64,000 nt of DNA, from the IMG/VR virus record IMGVR_UViG_3300032246_001533, positions 6,580 through 70,579 of that record; one strand, written 5' to 3'. Source of the stretch: a virus. Position numbers and translations under genes: made by a program. Positions 1 through 4,960 of the stretch are shown here, piece after piece (position 1 is the first letter of the stretch; every line of letters begins with the position of its first letter). The notes under the pieces were generated by a model. It saw only the letters and a list, made by a program, of their open reading frames with translations. It had not been told where the DNA came from and did not search any database.

Positions 1-184
1 CACGATAAAATATTTTTGTGTAGCATTTACCCGAAGGCGTGTAGAGATTTACAGTAGAATATTTATCTGCAAATCCCCAGTCAATAAACTTTGCAAACTC
101 TTTGTGTGCTTGCAATTCATCTGCATATTGAAAAGAAAAATCAGGTGATTTATTTTCATCATAGGTTACAGTTATTTTATACAT
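1..184 (-). CDS. Hypothetical early protein, 3'-truncated by the window edge (MYKITVTYDENKSPDFSFQYADELQAHKEFAKFIDWGFADKYSTVNLYTPSGKCYTKIFYR...)
   Basis: Hand translation; ATG at 184 lies immediately after the upstream stop (186-188); frame is open to the window edge. Confidence 0.75.
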   Translation of the reverse strand, partial: MYKITVTYDENKSPDFSFQYADELQAHKEFAKFIDWGFADKYSTVNLYTPSGKCYTKIFYR

Positions 185-185
185 A

Positions 186-320
186 TTAGTTATTCCAATC
201 TAGTGTAACACACTCGCATTTTGTTATTGTTATGGTGTTACCATTGCTACTTACAGTAGCAATAGTATCGCACCCATCGCATAAGAATACATTTGATAAA
301 TTATCTAGCAGGTTTCCCAT
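186..320 (-). CDS. 44-aa Cys-containing micro-protein (CDGC...CEC)
   Basis: Hand translation MGNLLDNLSNVFLCDGCDTIATVSSNGNTITITKCECVTLDWNN; AGGTGAG RBS-like sequence upstream; packed tightly between its neighbours. Confidence 0.7.
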   Translation of the reverse strand: MGNLLDNLSNVFLCDGCDTIATVSSNGNTITITKCECVTLDWNN

Positions 321-321
321 A

Positions 322-537
322 TTATTCACTCACCTTTACGGCTACTGTGCGATAAGTTTTGCGACCCCAAGTATTGCTTCCGCTATTAGGTGCAATTTCT
401 ACAAGATAGGTTTCGCAACCTTCATACCAAATTGGTTGTGGGTGCTTTTCTGCACTGATAATTTCACCTCGCATTGTGCGGGAAATATAAGGCTTTCCTA
501 CAAGTAGGTTTTCGATTGAGTATACATTGGCTGACAT
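322..537 (-). CDS. 71-aa hypothetical protein, possibly a small beta-barrel
   Basis: ORF track; GAAGGTGG RBS; start overlaps the upstream stop (TAATG). Confidence 0.8.
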   Translation of the reverse strand: MSANVYSIENLLVGKPYISRTMRGEIISAEKHPQPIWYEGCETYLVEIAPNSGSNTWGRKTYRTVAVKVSE

Positions 538-656
538 TAGTTGCCACCTTCCTTTTCTTTATTGTTAGATATTGTAGCAGATAGCACTGACATTGCTTTT
601 TCTGCATTTGCTTTACGTGTTGCAAGGACGTGTGCCTTGTATTCATCTAGGTTCAT
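537..656 (-). CDS. 39-aa hypothetical protein (MNLDEYKAHVLATRKANAEKAMSVLSATISNNKEKEGGN)
   Basis: Start reassigned to ATG 656 (AGAAGG RBS, promoter at 687-708) from the track start at 845. Confidence 0.65.
   Translation of the reverse strand: MNLDEYKAHVLATRKANAEKAMSVLSATISNNKEKEGGN
571..592 (-). promoter_or_regulatory. Phage promoter motif TGTCAG-N10-TACAAT
   Basis: Minus strand reads TGTCAGTGCTATCTGCTACAAT; same spacing as five other copies. Confidence 0.65.
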
Positions 657-686
657 TTCTGACCTTCTTTCTCTTGATATGCCGTA

Positions 687-708
687 AGTATAACAGAACG
701 CACTGACA
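687..708 (-). promoter_or_regulatory. Phage promoter motif TGTCAG-N10-TATACT
   Basis: Minus strand reads TGTCAGTGCGTTCTGTTATACT; about 30 nt upstream of ATG 656. Confidence 0.75.
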
Positions 709-755
709 TTTTCCAGTTCTGCAAGGGTTTGTCTCAATATATGGAGCGTGGCAAA

Positions 756-771
756 TGTGATAAAACTCACG
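756..771. promoter_or_regulatory. CRP-family operator-like site
   Basis: TGTGA-TAAAAC-TCACG, one mismatch to TGTGA-N6-TCACA. Confidence 0.6.
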
Positions 772-779
772 TAAAATAC

Positions 780-806
780 GGCGTGTCGTACTTGACACGA
801 CACGCC
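780..806. repeat. Perfect 10-bp inverted repeat containing GACAC/GTGTC (WhiA-like) pentamers
   Basis: GGCGTGTCGT-ACTTGAC-ACGACACGCC. Confidence 0.6.
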
Positions 807-823
807 CGAACGGGGCGACAAAA

Positions 824-847
824 ATTTGCAGCTTGTCAACTGCAAAT
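824..847. terminator. Hairpin with A/T tracts on both sides; likely terminator of the upstream minus-strand unit
   Basis: ATTTGCAG-N8-CTGCAAAT, 9 nt beyond the stop at 857. Confidence 0.55.
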
Positions 848-856
848 CTTTTTTAT

Positions 857-958
857 TTATTTTATTTTATCTAAAATCTTTTCTAATTCTTTTAATTGTT
901 CAAGATTAAGATGATCCAAATTTATTGCATCAGCAAAACCAAAAATATCTTTTTCCAT
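857..958 (-). CDS. 33-aa micro-protein (MEKDIFGFADAINLDHLNLEQLKELEKILDKIK)
   Basis: Hand translation; TAATG coupling with the upstream gene; GAGG RBS. Confidence 0.7.
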   Translation of the reverse strand: MEKDIFGFADAINLDHLNLEQLKELEKILDKIK

Positions 959-1098
959 TATTCGACCTCTTTCCATTCAAAACAATAAGAATCTTTTACA
1001 AAAGAATTTTTAACTACAGAATCAAAAAGAGAAATTGCTTGGTCTTCATCTTCTGCATTAATATCTAACCAAACGCCAAATGTATATTTTTTAGTCAA
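958..1098 (-). CDS. 46-aa micro-protein (MTKKYTFGVWLDINAEDEDQAISLFDSVVKNSFVKDSYCFEWKEVE)
   Basis: Hand translation; TTG start with GGAGG RBS inside the upstream gene. Confidence 0.7.
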   Translation of the reverse strand: MTKKYTFGVWLDINAEDEDQAISLFDSVVKNSFVKDSYCFEWKEVE

Positions 1099-1303
1099 GG
1101 TAAATACCTCCCTTTACATTTTTATGATTAACACACACATTTCCACGGGGAATCGGTGTATGACATTTGAAGCATTGCATTTGAACACTAGCGTTATTTG
1201 CTATTGCCCATTCCAAATCTATCTTAGTAGATGGAGAAGCATTTTCTAATGATACCCAGCCAGCACCATTTTCATTCATTTCAAAAATTTCTAAGTTAGC
1301 CAT
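1091..1303 (-). CDS. 70-aa protein with a C-terminal CxxC...CxxH putative zinc site
   Basis: ORF track; CFKC...CVNH; AGGAG RBS. Confidence 0.75.
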   Translation of the reverse strand: MANLEIFEMNENGAGWVSLENASPSTKIDLEWAIANNASVQMQCFKCHTPIPRGNVCVNHKNVKGGIYLD

Positions 1304-1436
1304 TTACTAGAACTCCTAACTCCATTTTTACATACTTACCGCTTTTGCGGTCTGAGCAGACTGGGCAGAACCAATCTTGAGTTTCGCATGTCTGATACTG
1401 ACATGTCTTGCATTTATTTACCATATATTGAGTCAT
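1296..1436 (-). CDS. 46-aa zinc-ribbon micro-protein (CKTC...CPVC)
   Basis: Hand translation MTQYMVNKCKTCQYQTCETQDWFCPVCSDRKSGKYVKMELGVLVNG; AAGGAG RBS; promoter at 1485-1506. Confidence 0.75.
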   Translation of the reverse strand: MTQYMVNKCKTCQYQTCETQDWFCPVCSDRKSGKYVKMELGVLVNG

Positions 1437-1484
1437 TTTGACTCCTTTCTTTTGCTAACCTTTAGCAACTTTCTTTATAATGGA

Positions 1485-1506
1485 ATTATAGCAGGGGGGT
1501 CTGACA
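1485..1506 (-). promoter_or_regulatory. Phage promoter motif TGTCAG-N10-TATAAT (extended -10)
   Basis: Minus strand reads TGTCAGACCCCCCTGCTATAAT. Confidence 0.8.
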
Positions 1507-1543
1507 TCTACTCGCGGGTAATGTGTACAAATTGGACATTTGC

Positions 1544-1613
1544 AAATGTGACTTATATCATGTGGATAACTTACGCTCAAATTTAAATGTGATGTGCATC
1601 ATGTGGATAACTT
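1544..1613. repeat. Two copies of a composite element: CRP-like site overlapping a perfect DnaA box
   Basis: AAATGTGA-N5-ATCATGTGGATAACTT at 1544-1572 and 1585-1613; TGTGGATAA is the reverse complement of TTATCCACA (1561-1569, 1602-1610). Confidence 0.75.
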
Positions 1614-1624
1614 GTCGGCAAAAA

Positions 1625-1640
1625 TCGAACAAATGTTTGA
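1625..1640. promoter_or_regulatory. Actinobacterial-type LexA (SOS) box
   Basis: TCGAAC-AAAT-GTTTGA, one mismatch to TCGAAC-N4-GTTCGA. Confidence 0.65.
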
Positions 1641-1674
1641 ATTATATTTATTCATGATCTTGCATAAATATGCG
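1641..1674. promoter_or_regulatory. Tandem ARG-box-like (ArgR) sites
   Basis: ATTAT-ATTT-ATTCA and TGCAT-AAAT-ATGCG versus the TGNAT-W4-ATNCA core, at 20-bp periodicity. Confidence 0.45.
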
Positions 1675-1700
1675 GGCAGTTTCTAGAGTTGCCCAGCTCT
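1673..1700 (-). ncRNA. Candidate compact H-type pseudoknot, copy 2
   Basis: AGAG-C-UGGGC-AA-CUCU-AGAAACU-GCCCG, starting just after the stop at 1706. Confidence 0.5.
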
Positions 1701-1705
1701 TTTTT

Positions 1706-1891
1706 TTATTCTTCTACCGCAAGATTTCTCATGCACTCTTCCCAAAATCGGTCAGAGTCAAAACGTTCATTGTCTGTAATAAACATTTCAGAAAAATCAT
1801 TTACTAAATCTTCATACACGTCAATTTTAATTTCTGATGCATATGAGTTTAAGATTTCCGCAGTTGCTACATAGTCTTTGCGAGTCATCAT
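1706..1891 (-). CDS. 61-aa acidic helical hypothetical protein (MTRKDYVATAEIL...)
   Basis: ORF track; AAGGA RBS. Confidence 0.8.
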   Translation of the reverse strand: MMTRKDYVATAEILNSYASEIKIDVYEDLVNDFSEMFITDNERFDSDRFWEECMRNLAVEE

Positions 1892-1918
1892 TTTAGTTCG
1901 TGTCCTTTTCTCTATTTG

Positions 1919-2089
1919 TTACTTGCTTGTCTTTACCATAGCAAAACGGCGTGAACCATTTGCTAAGATTAAATTAACACGGGTTACTTTGTTAGAGATT
2001 GGAGAGAAGCCAGCAATTCGACCTGTTACACCTGTTTTGCTTGTGGTGAATAGGTCTCCGATTTGGTAAGTGTATCCGCTTAGTGTCAT
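1919..2089 (-). CDS. 56-aa small beta-barrel-like (SH3/KOW-like) protein, paralog B
   Basis: Hand translation MTLSGYTYQIGDLFTTSKTGVTGRIAGFSPISNKVTRVNLILANGSRRFAMVKTSK; AAGGA RBS. Confidence 0.8.
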   Translation of the reverse strand: MTLSGYTYQIGDLFTTSKTGVTGRIAGFSPISNKVTRVNLILANGSRRFAMVKTSK

Positions 2090-2128
2090 TTTAGTTTTCC
2101 TTTTCTTTTTTTCTTTGTTGGGTTTGGT

Positions 2129-2157
2129 TGAGCCTTTTTATATCTTGCTCAGGATAT
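2129..2157 (-). ncRNA. Candidate compact H-type pseudoknot, copy 1
   Basis: AUAUC-C-UGAGC-AA-GAUAU-AAAAAG-GCUCA, preceded by the hairpin UUUAGC-AAAUC-GCUAAA (2157-2173). Confidence 0.55.
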
Positions 2158-2174
2158 TTAGCGATTTGCTAAAC

Positions 2175-2342
2175 TTACTTGATTGTAACTGTTGTCCAGC
2201 GATAATCGCCGTTTTCAAGTGACAACTTTACGCGGGTGCGTGTTTCTGTGACGGGGATAATCTCTGTGATTGTTCCTGTTACATTAGAACGCTGTGTAGT
2301 GAATAAATCACCGATTTGATATGTCTTTCCTTTTACTGTCAT
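2175..2342 (-). CDS. 55-aa small beta-barrel-like protein, paralog A
   Basis: Hand translation MTVKGKTYQIGDLFTTQRSNVTGTITEIIPVTETRTRVKLSLENGDYRWTTVTIK; AAGGA RBS. Confidence 0.8.
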   Translation of the reverse strand: MTVKGKTYQIGDLFTTQRSNVTGTITEIIPVTETRTRVKLSLENGDYRWTTVTIK

Positions 2343-2376
2343 TTCTTTGTCCTTTTCTTTAGGTGGTTATTTCCCT

Positions 2377-2398
2377 AGTGTATCACTAGGGTCTGACA
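2377..2398 (-). promoter_or_regulatory. Phage promoter motif TGTCAG-N10-TACACT with its -10 inside an 8-bp inverted repeat
   Basis: Minus strand reads TGTCAGACCCTAGTGATACACT; CCCTAGTG-TAT-CACTAGGG at 2373-2391; TTGACA at 2402-2407 with a 19-nt spacer. Confidence 0.75.
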
Positions 2399-2409
2399 TC
2401 TTGTCAAAT

Positions 2410-2562
2410 TTAGAGGATTTCGTCTGGGTCAAAATCTGGTGTATCTGGTAAGTTAAACTCTGATTCTTCAGGGTTCTCATCTTCCCAAATATCGTTTTGC
2501 TCTTGCATGAAATCGAGGGGGGATAGAGTAGAGGTTCTCTCCCATGAATATACATATGACAT
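2410..2562 (-). CDS. 50-aa highly acidic micro-protein
   Basis: MSYVYSWERTSTLSPLDFMQEQNDIWEDENPEESEFNLPDTPDFDPDEIL; start reassigned to ATG 2562 (TAATG coupling). Confidence 0.7.
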   Translation of the reverse strand: MSYVYSWERTSTLSPLDFMQEQNDIWEDENPEESEFNLPDTPDFDPDEIL

Positions 2563-2666
2563 TAGTTTAGTCCATTCTTCTTGAGGTCTTGATAGATAGC
2601 ATAGCATAGGGGTATGACAACAGATAGCAAGCCTATCTGCACTAGGCTAGTTAGTAGGCGATTCAC
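2562..2666 (-). CDS. 34-aa single-pass membrane micro-protein
   Basis: Hand translation MNRLLTSLVQIGLLSVVIPLCYAIYQDLKKNGLN; GTGA coupling; GAGG RBS. Confidence 0.65.
   Translation of the reverse strand: MNRLLTSLVQIGLLSVVIPLCYAIYQDLKKNGLN
2598..2619 (-). promoter_or_regulatory. Variant promoter motif TGTCAT-N10-TATGCT (intragenic)
   Basis: Minus strand reads TGTCATACCCCTATGCTATGCT. Confidence 0.45.
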
Positions 2667-2830
2667 TTGTTTACCTCTACCTTCATTACATTAGCTGAAA
2701 ACTTTACTTTACTAGCGAGGTTACTTGCATTGAGTGTATCTATTAAGTGGTCAATAGCCTTAACCTCATGCGCTATGTTATTAACGCTTAGTAGTGTAGA
2801 GCCTTGCCATATTGAGTAAGTGATAGTCAT
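2663..2830 (-). CDS. 55-aa hypothetical micro-protein (MTITYSIWQGSTLLSVNN...)
   Basis: Hand translation; follows the promoter at 2867-2888. Confidence 0.75.
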   Translation of the reverse strand: MTITYSIWQGSTLLSVNNIAHEVKAIDHLIDTLNASNLASKVKFSANVMKVEVNK

Positions 2831-2866
2831 TATCTGTTCTTCTTTCTTTAGTTTGTTATAGTTGGA

Positions 2867-2888
2867 ATTATAGGGGATAGGTCTGACA
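2867..2888 (-). promoter_or_regulatory. Phage promoter motif TGTCAG-N10-TATAAT
   Basis: Minus strand reads TGTCAGACCTATCCCCTATAAT. Confidence 0.8.
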
Positions 2889-2917
2889 AATAGGGGGATA
2901 TAGAGGGGGTGTGTCTA

Positions 2918-2933
2918 TGTGATTTACATCACA
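2918..2933. promoter_or_regulatory. Perfect CRP-family consensus site
   Basis: TGTGA-TTTACA-TCACA. Confidence 0.75.
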
Positions 2934-3089
2934 TTAGATGCACTCTATACACTCGCATCCTTTAGAGCGGATAAGGTAGGCTAGTACCTCTTTGCGTGTA
3001 TAAGCATCTAGTCCATAAGATGACTTAACGCCTCCATTATGGAAGTCATGCACGATAGTGCTAAATAGTGTTTCTGTTAGTGTAGTCAT
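2934..3089 (-). CDS. 51-aa micro-protein with C-terminal CxCxxC
   Basis: Hand translation MTTLTETLFSTIVHDFHNGGVKSSYGLDAYTRKEVLAYLIRSKGCECIECI; AAGGTAGG RBS. Confidence 0.75.
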   Translation of the reverse strand: MTTLTETLFSTIVHDFHNGGVKSSYGLDAYTRKEVLAYLIRSKGCECIECI

Positions 3090-3143
3090 TTACTGACCTA
3101 CCTTTCTTTATCAAGAACCTTTCTTGATTTTCTTTATAGTAGA

Positions 3144-3172
3144 ATACTAGCACACAATATCGAGAAAATCAA
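3144..3172 (-). promoter_or_regulatory. Canonical sigma70/SigA-type promoter
   Basis: TTGATT-N17-TAGTAT with an extended TG. Confidence 0.65.
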
Positions 3173-3203
3173 GCACCAACACGGACATATCGGACATATT
3201 TTA

Positions 3204-3219
3204 TGTGTTTTACATCACA
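3204..3219. promoter_or_regulatory. CRP-family operator-like site
   Basis: TGTGT-TTTACA-TCACA; same spacer as the 2918 site. Confidence 0.6.
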
Positions 3220-3336
3220 TTTGAGCCTTGATATGCATACAAATCGGACATTACGGGCGGACTATTAATTTTTTAGTTTTTTTTCTAAAACGTGATTCAT
3301 ACAAAAAAAATGGCCATTAACATTTTGACCAAATAT

Positions 3337-3352
3337 GGTTTCACATGAAACA
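3337..3352. promoter_or_regulatory. parS-like palindrome
   Basis: GGTTTCACATGAAACA, 14/16 to TGTTTCACGTGAAACA. Confidence 0.6.
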
Positions 3353-3364
3353 TTGGGCGGGAAT

Positions 3365-3682
3365 TTAAAGATCTTTTACTTCATATTGGGGATAAGTATG
3401 TTCCATATGGCAATTAGCACATACAATTCGACATTTTTCGATCTCTTTTAGGATAGTTTTAACACTATATCGTGATTTTTCCTTAGAATCTAGCCCAGAA
3501 GCTGCTGTCATTTGAGCAATACCTACAATTTTTCCTTTTTTATCACGATATTTTGTTGATGGATCAATATGATCGAAGTGTAAAACAGCTGTATTTTTTT
3601 TATAACCACATACAACACAACCTGTAGACAATTTTATAGAATTTATATACTGTCTAACCTCTAAAGCAGACATATTTTTCAA
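3365..3682 (-). CDS. HNH endonuclease family protein
   Basis: CVVCG...LHFDHIDP...KCRIVCANCH motif. Confidence 0.8.
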   Translation of the reverse strand: MKNMSALEVRQYINSIKLSTGCVVCGYKKNTAVLHFDHIDPSTKYRDKKGKIVGIAQMTAASGLDSKEKSRYSVKTILKEIEKCRIVCANCHMEHTYPQYEVKDL

Positions 3683-4173
3683 GATTTTACCAAAGAAATT
3701 GTAAAAAAATAGCGGGTACCTCTAGTAACTGGTAAAACACCATGGATTGGCTCAGATGACATATAAACTAGATCGTATTTTTTAGGTTTATAGATAAAAT
3801 CATCTCCGACAGCAAGTTCTCCACCTTCATAATCGTCATTTAAATAAAATAAAGCTCCCATTTCAGGAAAAGGCTGGGAGTCAGAATGCATATTCATACC
3901 TACACCTTCTCTATAAATAGTCATAACACTTCCAGATACTTTATTAAAACCATCATTAAAATAAGCAGCAACCTTGTCACGATATTTATCTATGAACTGA
4001 ATGGTGTATCTATTCTCTAAATCAACGACACCTATACGTCCATCTCCTCTATCTTGCATTAAGCCTTCTTCTTCAAGATGATCCATATACTCAATTAAAT
4101 TTTCAGCATCATCCTTATCAAAAAAATTAGGAATTATTTTTACATCATTTCTCATCTTCATTTTCACTTTCAA
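3679..4173 (-). CDS. 2OG-Fe(II) oxygenase (prolyl-hydroxylase-like); true start may be ATG 4155
   Basis: HSD...YLNDDYEGGEL...HGVLPVTRGTRY. Confidence 0.85.
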   Translation of the reverse strand: MKVKMKMRNDVKIIPNFFDKDDAENLIEYMDHLEEEGLMQDRGDGRIGVVDLENRYTIQFIDKYRDKVAAYFNDGFNKVSGSVMTIYREGVGMNMHSDSQPFPEMGALFYLNDDYEGGELAVGDDFIYKPKKYDLVYMSSEPIHGVLPVTRGTRYFFTISLVKS

Positions 4174-4366
4174 ATATAAAGGACGGGGCGGGAGCTAGAA
4201 TTTTTCCAGATTCGTGTAAAGAATACAATCCCTTAGCATCAGCACCTAGTTTATCTGCAATAATGGACAACATATCATAATTTCGTTGTTCCTGGATAAA
4301 AATAGCTCCTAGGAGTTCACGAATATTTTGGACAGTATCCTCAAAATTATTTTTTTCTTCTGTCAT
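4145..4366 (-). CDS. Hypothetical protein
   Basis: ORF track; operon-like packing. Confidence 0.7.
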   Translation of the reverse strand: MTEEKNNFEDTVQNIRELLGAIFIQEQRNYDMLSIIADKLGADAKGLYSLHESGKILAPAPSFIFESENEDEK

Positions 4367-4442
4367 ATCTCAATACTTCTACAATACCCCATATAAAGCC
4401 TATAACAGCCAATACAGACAATATTACGTTAATCTTGTTCAC
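4347..4442 (-). CDS. 31-aa single-pass membrane micro-protein (MNKINVILSVLAVIGFIWGIVEVLRYDRRKK)
   Basis: Hand translation; GTG start with AAGGAG RBS; fills the gap between two genes. Confidence 0.6.
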   Translation of the reverse strand: MNKINVILSVLAVIGFIWGIVEVLRYDRRKK

Positions 4443-4680
4443 CTAGTATCTCCTTAAGTATATGTTCCCATTTATTGCTTTCCATGCCCGCCGAATTATT
4501 TATCATTAAATCATCATTTTTTGCGGTAGATAAGTGAATCCAAGCAATATCATGGGTAAGCTCAACTTTTCCTGCATATATATGTTCATTGCCCTGTTTT
4601 ATATGTATCAGAATTTGTTTGAGTTCTTCTTCTTTTTCGAACGGCTCAATGTAAGCCCGCTCTATATGTATTTTTGCCAT
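4429..4680 (-). CDS. Hypothetical protein
   Basis: ORF track. Confidence 0.7.
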   Translation of the reverse strand: MAKIHIERAYIEPFEKEEELKQILIHIKQGNEHIYAGKVELTHDIAWIHLSTAKNDDLMINNSAGMESNKWEHILKEILGEQD

Positions 4681-4699
4681 ATTAAATTATATTAAATTA

Positions 4700-4960
4700 C
4701 TAATCCCTTTTTTTCGGCTCAATGTTTTCCGAATTTTTTGCATTTTTAATTTTTTCTAAAATGCTATTGTAAAAATCTATTCCTACTTTTTTCTTGTATC
4801 CACATGCAAAACAGTCTAACACAATTTCTTCTTCAGGCGTTAAACGGTGGATTAATTGATAGGTAATTTCGGGATCTTCTTGATGCATAGGACAGGCGAG
4901 GAAGTTTGCCTTCCCCGCCTGTGCTAATTGTAAATATTCTGAAAAAACTTGTATCAGCAT
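4700..4960 (-). CDS. Small putative zinc-binding protein
   Basis: CPMH...CFAC; TAATG coupling with the upstream gene. Confidence 0.7.
   Translation of the reverse strand: MLIQVFSEYLQLAQAGKANFLACPMHQEDPEITYQLIHRLTPEEEIVLDCFACGYKKKVGIDFYNSILEKIKNAKNSENIEPKKRD

Noticed and set aside
519-536. TGTCAG followed by TATACT as a seventh promoter copy
   Set aside because: The spacer is 6 nt rather than 10 and coincides with the start codons of the 322-537 gene; another TGTCAG near 1398-1403 has no -10
232-2069. Plus-strand ORFs in the early region (232-507, 729-914, 1377-1586, 1689-1874, 1878-2069)
   Set aside because: They are antisense to well-supported coupled minus-strand genes or run across regulatory spacers, and lack an RBS
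3220-3240. TTGAGC as an HspR (HAIR) operator
   Set aside because: Only one partial half-site is present; the second half does not match ACTCAAG
3173-3364. Physical genome end or terminal-repeat boundary
   Set aside because: Plausible from context (long non-coding block heading the early cluster) but cannot be supported without read data or the other genome end
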